Source of the DNA: Vicugna vicugna
Lineage: Eukaryota
Direction of reading: 5' to 3'
DNA: 60,000 nucleotides
Assembly: GCA_013265495.1 (NCBI GenBank)
Contig: MU057724.1
Location: forward strand, 684,001 to 744,000
Shown here: one piece after another, positions 48,032-60,000 of the stretch
Layout of the letters: each line of letters opens with the position of its first letter
How positions within the stretch are numbered: position 1 is the first letter of the stretch
The notes under the pieces: generated by a model
What the model was told of the DNA's origin: nothing
The model's input: the letters and a program-made list of their open reading frames with translations, nothing else
The model's database searches: none
Made by a program: the position numbers and the translations under genes

Positions 48032-49624
48032 NGGGCTGACGGGGTGAGGTGGGGAGACACGCAGGCCTTCCCCCTGACTCCGTACAGATGCTGCCTTGGC
48101 CGTAAGGCCCAGTGGGGCCAAAGGGCATTCTGTTCTTCCAGGTTATTGATCTATTTTCAAAGCAAAGGGCTTGGGCGACTAGGACAGTACTCACTTTAAA
48201 TGACCCGTTTGGGACTTCTTTGTGTGATTTTCCAAAATACCAGAGGGAAGCACTGAGAACATTCCGGAGAACACGAGCAGAGGAGTGATGTGCGGGCCGG
48301 CCTGGGAAGGGCCGGGATAAACCCCGCACGTCAGGTGCAGTGGGTGCTGGGCTGGGGCCGGGAGTGGGACAGAATCAGCCCGGGTTGGGCTGGAGCGGGT
48401 GAGCAGCCCCAGCCCAGCTCCCACGTCCCACCTGGGCCGGCCGGGCTGCCCCTGGCTGGGGGGTTCACTCTGGGGAGGTGGGCACCCCTGGCCAGAGTGG
48501 GCCCATCCGACTGGCGCTGGTTGGGATGGGCTGGGGCGGGACTTTGGGGCAGCACAGCCCTGAGGGTGCTGCCCGAGTCCCCTTGGAGCCGCTCCAGGGC
48601 CTGGCTCACGCCTGAAAGTCGGGGCTGAGTCGGTCTGAACGCAGACCCCAGCATTTGGACAGGCTTGTAATTTGCAGTGTGCAGGTTCCATCTCTGCACG
48701 GACTTTGGGGCAGAAGAAGGCCGGTGTTTTGGGAGAGAGGCACCTTCCAGAGGCAGAACCGCCCAGAGGCGTCGGGGTCCAGGGCTGGCGCCCTTCCCTC
48801 TGCGCCCTGGGGCTGTACCTGGTTGCTGTAGGGTCACTGAACAGCCTACCAGGAGGGGAGAGGAAGACAGGGGAGGACCCTCGGAAAGCTGTCCTGGGGT
48901 CAGGAGGAGGAGGGGCTGCGGGAAGGGTGGGATGGGGGAGTCGAGCATCTTCCAAAGACCTGTGTTCTGTCCTCCACGCACTGTGTTGGACCCCACAGAG
49001 CCCTTGCGTCTGTGTTCGCCAGCCTGGACGCCGCGGACACAGTGGGGAGAGCGGGGCCCGCCGCCAGGCCTCAGTGAGGAAGGGCTGTCTGACGGGCGCT
49101 GCAGGCAGGAGGTCAGTTTCCAAGGAAGAAAGGGACGTGGGTGGCGGCAGAGTCTGGGGTCTAGGATGCCAGGAATGGCAGTGACACGGGGATGCCAGGG
49201 GGAGTTCAGGACAGCCCGGCGGGCGGAGCCCAGGGGGAGGAGGGCTGCGTGTGGGCAGGCCGGGAGCCTCTCCTGGGACTGTCCTGGGCCCTGCCTTCGA
49301 CTCAAGCTTGCGTGTTAAGGAAAATGCAGGCGGTGTCCTCCACGGCAGCGGCCCCAGGCCACCGTCCTCTCCACCCTTTCCAAGCCTGCCCGCATCTGGT
49401 CTGTATTTGCCCCTTGGACCCACAGTGCTGGTGAGCTAGTTCAGTGTGGCGGAGGCGCTTCCATCCGTTTTCTTTTCTTTCCGTGCGTGAGAAGGAGTCT
49501 ACGTCTGGGAGGGAGGAGTGCTTGATCCCAGGCAGCTTTGCATGGCTTTCTCCAGCTAATTACAGTCGGCTTTGAGGAATATTGAAGAAGGATGGAGAAA
49601 GGCAGAAGAGCAAATGAAGCCTTA

Positions 49625-50273
49625 TTTTTTTAATTGAGCTATGGCTGGTTTACAGCACTGTGCTGCTTTCTGGTGCACACAGCACAGTGGTTCAGTTGTG
49701 CATGTAGTCTTTTCCATCACAGGCTGTTACAAGGTATTGAATACAGTTCCCTGTGCTCTGCAGTAGGACCTTGCTGTTTATCTATTTTCTATACAGTAGT
49801 TTGTATCTAATCCCAAACTCCTAATTTATCCCTCCCCACCTCCTTTCCCCACTGATAACCATCAGTTTGTTTTTTATGTCTGTGAATCTGTTTCTGTTTC
49901 ATAAATAAGTTCATTTGTGTGATTTGTTTAGATTCCACACAGGTGATATCATCATATGAGATGTGTTTTTCTCTGTCTGACTTACTTCACTTAGTATGAC
50001 AATCTCCAGGTCCATCTATGCTGCTGCAAATGGCGGTATGGTTTCATTTTTTATGGCTGAGTAGTATTCCATTGTATAAATATACCACAGCTTTATCCAG
50101 TCATCCTTCAATGAGCATTTAGGTTGTTTCCATGTCTTGGCTGTTGTAAATAGTGCTGCTGTGAACACTGGGGTGCATGTGTCTTTTCAAATTAGAGCTT
50201 CCTCTGGATATGTGCCCAGGAGTGGGATTGCTGGATCACAGGGTAAGTCTATTTTCAGTTTTTTAAGGAATCT
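49625..50273 (-). mobile_element. 5'-truncated L1 3' end, same family as 2213-2877
   Basis: Collinear with the 2213-2877 element (cccaaactcc.aatttatccctccc; cttacttcacttagtatg; gtcttggctgttgtaaatagtgctgctgtg). Confidence 0.9.
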
Positions 50274-51519
50274 CTGTGATGCAGATGCCAAGGTCACTTC
50301 TGTCCCTGAAGCCACAGAAGGTGTCACAAACCAGCTTCTTTCCCCGGTGCTCCTGTGGGTTCATTCAGAGGGTCTAACAGATTCAAGGGTCTGTTGGCAG
50401 TTTCTAGATGGATCAGTTGGATCAGTTTTATGATATCATTCTTTTAAAGGAATCAGGTCAAATTTCTTTCTGTGCCACAGAGTCTAAATAGGAATAACTT
50501 ATTCCCGGATACTTGCAAAGTGCCCCAGGCAGCCTTTATTTTTGCATCTCAGAACTGGCATTTTTATCTTGGAGAGTTCCATGTTGAGAGAGGAAAAAAG
50601 AGGAAAGTCCAGGTGGCTGATCTTTGTGCAAGAGTTTAGAGCCCATGCTGGAAGGAGAGACACGTGTTTTATATATATATTCGGGGGTCCATGCCTTTTT
50701 CCTCCTGGACTTTCCACATAGATGATCACGTCACTGTGAACAAGGCGGGTTTATTTCTTGCTCCCCAGGCTGTATTTATTCCCCCACCCCTTAAGGACAG
50801 GATGGCTGGAGCTGGCTGGTTGTGGGCACTGCCCTCCCCCGGGTCGGTTAGTCTCCGGTAAAACCTTGGCTGGTTAGGCTCTGGTCACCCAGTTTTCCCC
50901 GAGAATGGGTCTTGTGAAGAACAGAGTGTTCTGGTGTTTTTCAACATGTTTTCCCTCTCCTGGCCGAGGGCCGAGGGGATCTTCTCTGACTTGTGCTGTG
51001 GGAACCCGGTCCGGCTGCTGGAGGCAAGTCCCCAGGAGGGCGAACTCCCAGGCCCGCCTGCACGGAGCCCCCAGCTCCCCTCCAGTCACAGCCGTGCCCA
51101 CTCGGGCTCCCACAGCGGTGCCTGCCCCTGGGGCTCTGCTCCGGGGAGGGGCCCCCACGCCCGCCTGGCCCTTGGGCCCTGTGCCCTCTGCTCCCCGAGG
51201 CCCCCGGGCCCTGTGTCCTCCGCTCCCCGAGGCCCCGAGAACAGGGGTTATTTTTCAGTCTGTTCAGGTTTCCTCTTGCGACGATGCAGTGGTGATTCCA
51301 AGGTCCTCCCGTGGGAACCAGCAGCTGGAGGCCCAGGAGGGGTTTCACATGAATCCTGGCAGCTAACTTCCTGACCTTAGGAGGTGATCCCTCCTTTCCC
51401 AGAATTTCCAGATCCATGTCGGTTGTCGGACGGTGCTTTCCCCGCGGAAGTGTGACAACAAGCTCAGTGCACAGAGTGCTGAGCCCGCACAGTCCCTCCT
51501 TCCTTCCTTCGCTCACAGA

Positions 51520-51870
51520 ACGTGGCGTCTAAGAGCAGGTGCTGTTCTCGACCCTGGGAGTCTGTGAGCAAGACGAACAGAACTATCTGCCTCGACGGAG
51601 GAGCCGTCCTGGTAGGTGAGACAGGCAGTAACCGTCACGGGTAAGAACGTGCAAAGCACGTGGCACGTGCCATGAAGAAAACTGAGACAGAGGGGGGAAG
51701 ACGCGGTGGAGGCAGGGTGCTGTTCAGACAGGCTGGCCAGGAAGACTGACTGAGTGAAGACCTAGGGGAAGTTTGACGGTCACACAACCACGTGAGCATT
51801 TGGGGGCGGGTGTCACGTGCAAAGGCCCCGAGGCAGGAGCGTGCCTGGTGGTGGAGGTACAGGAGGCGGC
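51520..51870 (-). mobile_element. L2 LINE fragment
   Basis: gtgcaaaggccccgaggcaggagcgtgcctgg is a typical antisense L2 motif. Confidence 0.65.
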
Positions 51871-51892
51871 TGTGGTATTAAAGTCTGTCATA

Positions 51893-52110
51893 TTTTAGAA
51901 CTTTTATTTTGGATTATTTTAGATTTACAGAGGAGTTCCAAAGGAAAGTACAGGGCGTTCCTATGAACCCTTCACCCCGCTTCCCCTAATGTTAACGTAT
52001 TCCATGAGCATGCTGCATTTCTCAAAATGACAAAATCAGCATTGGTCCCATAGGGTTAAGTAAACCATAGACTTCACCTGGATTTCACTACTTATTCTAT
52101 GAACATCTCA
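51893..52110 (-). mobile_element. L1MC-like 3' terminal fragment
   Basis: ttttattttggattattttagatttacagaggagtt...cccttcaccccgcttcccctaatgttaac. Confidence 0.75.
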
Positions 52111-54249
52111 TTTTGGCTCTGGCCTCAATGGGAAAACCACACAGAGTTTCTCAGGCCCCTCCTGAGAGCACTGAAGGGGTGGGTGTGAACGGAGGGAGGC
52201 AGTTTATGGCTCAAGAACTCGTAGCAAGACAGACGACGTTGGTTGGACCAAAGCGGAGGCTGTAGGAAGTAGACAGACCCCAGATGATGCTGACCATAAA
52301 GGCACGGCTTCCATGCTGTCAGAGGGAGGGGAGTCAGACGGTGCTGCTGGGTCCTGAGTCCGGAGGATGGAGGGGTGGGTCTAAAGGCCCTGCAGGTTGG
52401 GATGGGCCACCACATATGGACCAGAACTTTGGGGGAAATCTGCCCTTAAACAGGCACTCAGTTCACGCAGACCCTTGGATAGCAGGTCCCCTCCTTGGGT
52501 TTGCATATGGCATCATTTTAGATGACTTGACCAGCAGGTGCCAGGGCGCCCACCTCACACTGGCTTCCCGGAAGCCCTCCCTGCCTGGCCCAGCGAAGCC
52601 CAGGACAGAGCCGTCACCGAGCCTCTTCTTGTGTTCCCCTCGCTGCACCTGCCCCGGGACCGAGCTCAGCTGGCTGGTTCTGTCTGCGTCCTGGGACGGC
52701 TCCTGGAGGCAGGGAGGCTGCAGCCTTCTTCTTCCCTTTAGAGCAGGGATGGGGAGGGGCCATCGTGATCACCGGAGCAAGGACATCTCTGAAGAGACTT
52801 TTATTTAATAGCTGTAATTACAATTTAAAATGCAGTAACACTGGGGTAGTTTTCTGAGAGACTCCGTTAAACGTATGCTAACTTAGTTGTGTAATACGTC
52901 AGATTCCGAGTGCAGATCTGTAGTGGAGTCCCAGAGCCCCCGTGCGAGGAACGCTGGGGGGCAGATGCAGGGAAGGATGGCACGACTTCTGCCACTGAAG
53001 GGGGGAGCTGGGCCCCAGCGGGCTCAGGACTGAAGGGGGGCCGCAGCAGGAGCACTGGGCCAGCAGCTGTTGGCCCCCTCCCTCCTCCCCAGCGCGCGGT
53101 CCTCCCTGGGCCCGGGAGACACGGTGTCAGAACTGCTGGAAACGAACGCTTGGCCCTCGGTCTGAAGGGGCAGTCTGCGGGAATGCTGCCGGTTTCAGCG
53201 GCAGAGACCTGAGCCGTCACCATCGCCTTTCCGTGGCGTGCGTCGGCGACAAGCCGGCCACGGGGACGGCGCAGTGAACAAGCGACTGAGGGGGCGGTGA
53301 GCCGTCGTGCCCAGACTGAGGAGCTGCTTCCAGAGCCCACGGTTCCCTTGTGTGCGAGCCCTGCAGACTCGTGCAAATTCTGACTGATCGGATCTGCTGA
53401 ATGAGACACCTTCCAACCGGTGTGAACCAAACACGTTCTAAACAGAAAGTCTGGGGGCGGTTTGAGATTATCTTTGTGAACAATGACTGGTGAGAGGAGG
53501 AGGAAGATGGTGGTGGGAGGGAAATACCCTCATTTGCCTGTGATTTCTTTCTTTCTTGTTTTGATTTGGCTTAAAATACTTCCTCAATATTATCTGGAAG
53601 ATGTTATAAAATATCTACTTTTGGTTAAATTTAGGTTTATTCATGTGTCTTTCCCAGTTTTCATGAGAACCTGAGGGAAACGCTTCTGAGGAAGGAGGCG
53701 CAGGAATCACGTTCGCCTTCCCCACGTGGTCTGTTCCCCACCGACGTTTACTAACCGCTTGACAGAAGGTGGGGGTTTCTGAGCAAGAGCGTCAAAACCC
53801 CCTCCGGTCGAAGGCGGCCTTCGCGGTCTCCCTCCTGACCAGGCTCCTCTTCTGGTCCCGAGAACATCACCGTGTCTGACTCAGGACCCTGGACGATGTT
53901 CTCAAGGCCTGAGGACTCCTGCCCCTGGAGCTTCTCTGGACAGCAGTCCGCAGCCTCTCCCCTAGTAACTCGGGCAAAGTGGAAGTAAATAGAGACCAGA
54001 TGCTGCCGGAGCCCGGAACCCTCGCCAGTTCTGATGCAGTGGAGTGAGGCAGCTGGAGCGGTCCCTCCAGCGGAGCTTTAATCCCTGCTGCCCAGGGTCA
54101 CCCGCCAAGAGGCAGCTGCCTCCTCCAGGACTCCGCCCGCTCCCCCGGCTGCGGTCCCTCCCACTCGGGAACAGCCCCTCACAGGGCTTCACACGTGTTG
54201 TCTATAAATCTCGTTTCCTTGGTTACACGTTAGTTAGCGAAAGCGAACA

Positions 54250-56760
54250 TGTTTTTGCTTTGATTGGAGCTTTATAGAGATAGTCACCGACTCAGATCTG
54301 GCTGCGAGAAACGGTCCAGAGAGATCCTCTCTGCCCTCGTCTGCGCCCCCACCCCCCGATGTGGACATTTTGGAAACCTGCAGTCTCCTCACAACCGGGA
54401 CAGTGACACTGAAACGGTCACCGGTCTGACGCAGACCCCCGGCTTCGCCCGGCGCCCTTGTGTGTGTCCTGGGACCTGGGCAGTCTCGTCTCCGGTCCGG
54501 TTTCCCACCCCCACCCCTACTGAGGTCGCAGAGCCGCACGCCCCGTCTTGCAGAGCCCGTGTGACACCCATCTCCTCTGCACCCCCACCTCTGGGCCCCA
54601 ACCCTGGAGACCGTTCGCAGACTTTCTGAGTGTCATGAAGACGGATGTGTAAACGGGTTGTCAGGGGGGTGAATGCCTGGTTTTGTAAGAAACTGACGGA
54701 CCATTCTCAGGGGGCCGCACCGTCTCACATTCCCCTAACAGTGTGACGGAAGCGCCTTTAAGGAACTTGGTGCAATCATCTTTTTCACCTTGGCCCCTCT
54801 GGCAGGTGCATCTCATCGAGGATGGAATTTGCGTTTCCCTGAAGGCTGGGATGTGCTTACTAACCGTCTGTAGACGTTGTCAGTGAGATGTCTGTTTGTA
54901 TCTTTTACCCACACAGTTTAAATCGTTTGCTTTTATTGTTGCGTTTTGACAGTTTTTTAAAAAAATATATTCTGGGGGTAAGGCATAGCTCAGTGGTAGA
55001 GCACATGCTTAGCATGTGCACGGTCCTGGGCTAAATCCCCAGGACCACTGCTTAAAAAAATATATATATATATACACATTCTGGGTACAGTCCTGTGTCA
55101 GCTGTGTGTAAACATTTCTTCCCAGCCTTTACATTATTATTTTATTCTCTTCATGCGGGTTTTCATAAAAAGCCTGTAATTTCAATGTAGCTGAGTTACC
55201 AGTTTTTTTCCTTGATAGATGGTGCTTTTGTGTCAGTCTAATCCTTTCCTGACTAGCCCAAGTCCCAAAATTTCTCTGTCTTTTCCTAAAGGTTTTATAT
55301 GTTTGCCTTTAACATTTAATCTCATGATCCATTTGGAGCTCATTTTTGTGTGAGGGGTCAGCCTCAGGTCAAGTTTGGTCATTTCTGCACATGGGTGTCC
55401 AGTGGCTCCAGCACCATTTGTTGAAAAAGTTGTCTGCCATTGAGATGTTTTTGTGCTTTTGTCAAAAATAAATCCTGCGCATCTGTGTGGGTGCACGTCT
55501 CGGTTCCCGCTTCAGTTCCCCTGGTCTCTGTGTCCGTCCCACTGGCGCCGTGCGGTCCTGGTTACTGCAGCGGTGGAGGGAGGCTTGACGTGGGTAAAGT
55601 GGCTCCGCCCACTCTGCTCTTCAGGGTCAGGGTGGCGTCTCCTGATCCATAGCCTTATTCGCTTGTCTGTGTCTGCAGAAATCCTTGCTGGGATCTTGGT
55701 AGGAATTACTTGGACCTACATTTAACCCATACATATGAGTGTGTGTTTATATTTATGTAATAGTTACATAATCTATTAACATATAAATAATATGAATTTG
55801 CACATAACACTCCTATCTATTTGTTTTTATGTACGTTTAGGGGCCATTGACACCTTTGCCATGGTGTGTCTTCCTATCCATGAACATGGTATGTCTCACC
55901 GCTTGTTTAGATGTTCCTTCATTTCCTTCATCAGCACTTTGCAATTTTCAGTATATGGGCCCTGCACACATTCTGTCAAGTGTGTGCCTGAGTGGTTTGT
56001 TTTCTTTTGGGCTATTGTAAATACCATTGTGTTCTTAACTTGGGCTTCCACACATTCATCTTTATCACACGTGGAAAGAGAGGTGATCGACTTCTGTGTG
56101 TTGCTCTTATATTCTGTGATCCTCTCGAGCTCGCTTCTTTGTTATGGGTTGCTGTTGTTTTCTTGGTAAACTCTCTGGAATTCCTTGCGTGGACAACCGT
56201 GTCGTCTCCAGATAGGCACGGGGTTGTTCCTTCTTTCTCACTCTGTCTGACTTTCACTTCTTTTACTTCCCTGATGTCCCTTAACATCCCTCTCAGCCTC
56301 TAGTAATTCTCTTTGCTTTGAAGTCAATTTTATCTGTTAATAGTGTAGTAACTCCTGCTTTTTTTTTTAAAAAACAATGTTTCTGTGGCATATCTTTCCC
56401 CATTCTTTTGCTTTTAACCTACGTGTGTTGTTGAATGAGGGAATTTTCTAAGCAGCCTTAGCTGGGACTTGTGTTTTTATCTGCTCTGATAACCTGTCTG
56501 TTCAGTGGGGTAGCAGATCGTTCACACCGAGGTACTTACTGGCGTGACAGCACGTGCATCTGCCATTCTGCTTTTTTCTCGTCGTTTCTCTTGGTCCGTC
56601 TTCCTCTGCTTAGTTTTGCTTGTCTTCCTGTGGAACGCGTGTTGTTTTTTAGGATTCTGCTGATTTGTTTATAGTGTTTTGGATGGTTTCTCTTTGCATT
56701 GCTTTAACATTCCTTGCCCTGGTTGTCACACTCATGTGCCTTGGAACAGTTTCCTGGGAT
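54250..56760 (-). mobile_element. L1MC-like element, antisense, interrupted by a SINE
   Basis: 3' end (gagaaacggtccagagagatcc...) and ORF2 (ccagcaccatttgttgaaaa; cttcctatccatgaacatggtatgtctc); minus-frame peptide GFIFDKSTK...FSTNGAGATG. Confidence 0.8.
54974..55060 (+). mobile_element. tRNA-derived SINE (Vic-1-like)
   Basis: ggggtaaggcatagctcagtggtagagcacatgcttagcatg...ggtcctgggctaaatcccc followed by an A/TA tail. Confidence 0.85.
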
Positions 56761-56849
56761 CAGCATCTTACTACTTTATGTGAAGTGCAGAAAACTCAGC
56801 TCTGCGTCCTCTGCAAGCTCCCCCACGTGTCTCCTTCCTTTCCTGTCTC

Positions 56850-57480
56850 ATCCAGTCCTCACCCAGCTTTAGTCCACTCCGCCCGGGACCACAGCAGCAC
56901 AACTGAGCTTCCTTCCAGCAGATTTTAGCCCCTCCGTCTGTCCTCCTCACCAGTCCTCGCTGATCCTGGACCTCCCCAAGCTTTCTCCCGAGAACACCTC
57001 CAGGCCAACAGCCCTGGGATGGCCTCTGTCCCACTGGCTCGTGCACCTGGCTGCCTGGAGCCCCCCTGCCCCTCTGCCTGTTCATTCTGTTTCCTCTACT
57101 GGTCTGTTCACTCTTCACCTTTTCTCCTTGATCGCAGTCACCCTCACAAACTGAGTTGGGCGTGCCCTCTCCGGAGGAGCCTCTCCTGACCCCTCAGGCT
57201 GTGAGGTGCCCTTTGTCACCTTCCTGTTGCAGTGCCCATCGCTGTTTCTGGGCTCGGTTGATGCGGGCATCCCCCACTGGCCGGCATCACATCTGTCAGC
57301 TCTGTCGTCCGTGCCTCCCCTACACCCGCTTATAATTAACTTCCTGTTTACTCGCTGATTTCCTTAGTTAGATTATAAACTTTCTGAAGGCAGAAATTAT
57401 GATTTATTTGTTCCTGTATCCCGAGAATCCTTTACATAGGAGACATTTAATTTTTGTTGAATGGCTGACTGAATCAATAT
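56850..57480 (+). mobile_element. L2 LINE 3' fragments
   Basis: ttagattataaactttctgaaggcaga...tgttgaatggctgactgaat is a typical L2 3' end. Confidence 0.6.
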
Positions 57481-60000
57481 AACCTCTCATTCAGTTTTTT
57501 TCTTCCTTTTAAAATATTGATTGTCTTCTTCTGATTTTTTCTTTTGTTTTTGAATTCGGAAGTAATCAACTTTTATATCCTTGTTACTGGATAAAGAATT
57601 CGAGGCGAGAAAGAGAGAGACTTTTCTTTGCAAAACATTTTTCCTATAGGAACTTGATTCAGGGAATATATTCCCTGAAAATTTACTTCCATTAACATGC
57701 AGCGGACAGAGGATGTTTCTTGGGGAGAGTGGCCCAGGTGGGGTGGAGTCTGTGAAAAGTCATGCCAGTGCGTCCCCGTCGGCTACTGGGTGTCTGTTTA
57801 CTCAGAAGTACTCACTGAGCACCTTGGCAAAGCGAAGGTTAGAAAGAAAAGGGACACATACATAGTCTACTAATGACATTTTTAATGACTAAGTTGACTT
57901 TGAGTTTTACAGTCGTTTTCTTCAAATATACACAAAGTCAGGTTAGCTTCTCACCACTTCACATAAATTGTGCCCAGAGGTCGAATAGACTTGATCTTAC
58001 TCAGACACAGCTAGGAGAAGCAATAAAGGAAAAAAAGTGTCTTTCACGCAATAGTAAGTTTAAATGACAAACTTGAGCTGCTTTTTCCCCTCGGGTCAGT
58101 CAAGGAACAATGATTTAAATTCCCTCTATCATGTCACTTAGCTGTGGATATTCTGGAAACCACTGCAGCGCATTATTTAGGGCAGGTGGTTTGTGTTAAT
58201 TCGGGGAAGAGCTCAGCTGCAAACTTTGGGGAGCTTGGTGGCCAGGAACTTTGAGGTCCAGCCTGTCTCCTCTAGAAGGTCCCACCACCGCTCGAGGTGT
58301 CTGGGCTCCTCCCACGTCCTGCCACCGCAGGCAGCGGGGCTCCCGGGGAAGCAGGGTGGGGGGGCCCAGGTCGGGCAGACGAGTCTGGGGTCCAGGCCCC
58401 CGACTCGAGCCAGCATTTCTGGGGGTGTTGGTGACCCCGAGCCACCTTCCCACCTGTCAGTCAGTGTCACTGAACTCAGTGACGGGAGAGCCCGTCCCGA
58501 GCCCCTGACTCAGGCGTGTCGCTCCCCCGCCTCCCTGGGCTCCCTCCCAGGACTGGAGGCCCCGAGCGCCGTCTCTCTTTCGGGAGGGCCTCCCTCTGCT
58601 TGGGGCTGAGGGAGGACGGGTCTTTCCCCGTGCTTTCTAGCTACGCTGGCACCTTGGTCTCACCCGGACATGAAGTCTCACCCCGTGGGCATCCCCGCGA
58701 GGGGCCCTGGGTGCGAACGCTCCACCTCGAATGGACGGAGGCCCCCAGCTCAGGGGCAAATGCAGCAGGAACAGGGGGCTGGGGACACGGCTCACCGTCC
58801 AGGCCCAGGCACGCCTGCCAGTTTGGGACTGGAGTCTTGACTATGGGAAGTGGGGTTTAAAGTGTGCAGTGTGACTTGGATGTCAGTCACGTCGCGTTAT
58901 TGCTAGAAGCCGCGCTTTTTCATGCCCTCACCCATGTGCTGGCGGAGAGACGGGGCAGCCACTGACCAGGAGGGGCGGGGTGGAGAGGAGCAGACCCCTG
59001 GCTGGGCCCCAGCAAGCCAGAGGCCCCCATTTAGGAAGAATTCCCACGGCCCCCGGTGCCCCTCCTGCCGTGGGAACGTCCTCCCGGCCAGCTGAGGAGG
59101 TGCGTGCGGGGCACTGGACGTCACACGGCCCAGAAGTACACGTCCCGGGCTGGCTGGTGCTCAGGGCATCAGGGAGGAGGGCTCTGCCGGGCTGGCGGGA
59201 CCCCCGGGTCTGCAGCCTCAGAGCCTGACCTCTGACCTCGCGGAGGCCTGCCCTGGGGGTGGGGGTTGGGGATGAGGCGGGCTGGGGCCCAGCGGCAGAG
59301 GAACTTGGAGGTCACCCCTGCGCAGGGCTCGCACCGCCTCCTTTTCAGGGTGAAGAATGCGCCACATCCAGCAAAGGGGCCCTTAGACAGGCGTCAACGC
59401 CCTCCTGCGCCCTGCGCCTGGTTGCCCGTCTGCGGCCGTGGCGTGACAGCCGTCTGTGTTTTAACCCGGGACCCGCCAGCCACGGCTTCAGTGTGGGGCT
59501 GTCACCTGGGATGCAGGAGCCTTGGGAGGATGGACAGTGGGGTCAGTGTCTCGGTTCCCCAGGACAGCGGGGCTCAGACGGGGCCCAGGGAGGTGGCGGT
59601 GTGACTTCCCCAGGGGAACGCAGGCTTCCCCGAGGAGGTGGGAGGGCAAGGCGGGAGCCGGCGCGTGGACGTTCTTGGGCCTCCGTCTGCTCTTCTGCGC
59701 GCGTGGGCGGGCTGAATGGCAGGTCCCAGTGCCCCCAGGTGTGGACGCCCAGTGTCCCCGGGTGATGCTGGCTCTTGCTCCTGGTCACTCGGGTCAGCAG
59801 GCAGATGGGAAGCCACTGGTACCTAGAAGCTCAGACACCGCAAAGCCGCGGGCGCCGCGGGCGCTGCAGCTGCAGCCGGGCGCCTCCGCTCCTTGGGCGT
59901 GGGCTCAGCAGGGCCCCAGCCCCTCGGGCTCACTCGCTGGGGAAGGGCACGGCTGCGCACAGGCCTGCGTGCAGGCAGGAAGCAGGCGGGCCCTCTCCTG

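Noticed and set aside
47172..48329. Five ORFs of 277-364 aa
   Set aside because: They run through the N gap (poly-X).
48191..49423. 410-aa minus-strand ORF and overlapping 324-aa ORF
   Set aside because: Pro/Gly/Arg/Ala-rich, several frames open at once, no recognisable domain; expected from stop-codon scarcity in GC-rich DNA.
1500..60000. SNAI2 or another protein-coding gene in the rest of the window
   Set aside because: No SNAG (MPRSFLV) or C2H2 zinc-finger coding sequence, and no other recognisable exon seen; small exons could have been missed by eye.

Overview
Mammalian genomic DNA, most likely a camelid, judged from tRNA-derived SINEs resembling Vic-1 and the L1 3' ends. It comes from a gapped assembly (N runs at 35545-35572 and 47312-48031). 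The only protein-coding sequence I can support is coding exon 1 of CLXN/EFCAB1 (calaxin) on the minus strand at 827->770 (MNRKKLQKLTDSLTKTSKH, phase-1 GTAAGT donor); it is not in the ORF track. Its CpG-island promoter has three RFX X-box + inverted CCAAT modules at an exact 71-bp period. The remaining ~58 kb is intergenic, upstream of CLXN (toward SNAI2 if human gene order holds). It consists of old L1, L2, MIR and MaLR repeats with unusually high GC/CpG content, an orphan CpG island and a minisatellite. The most striking structure is an apparently perfect, ungapped 780-bp inverted repeat (12112-12891 / 19834-20613) inside two otherwise diverged, oppositely oriented old L1s. The arms are GC-enriched and flank the orphan CpG island, and an adjacent 2.2-kb inversion split one L1. 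This pattern suggests ongoing gene conversion or a flippable segment, though assembly collapse must be excluded. The long ORFs in the track appear to be artefacts of GC richness or N gaps. Repeat subfamily names are by-eye assignments and their boundaries are approximate.
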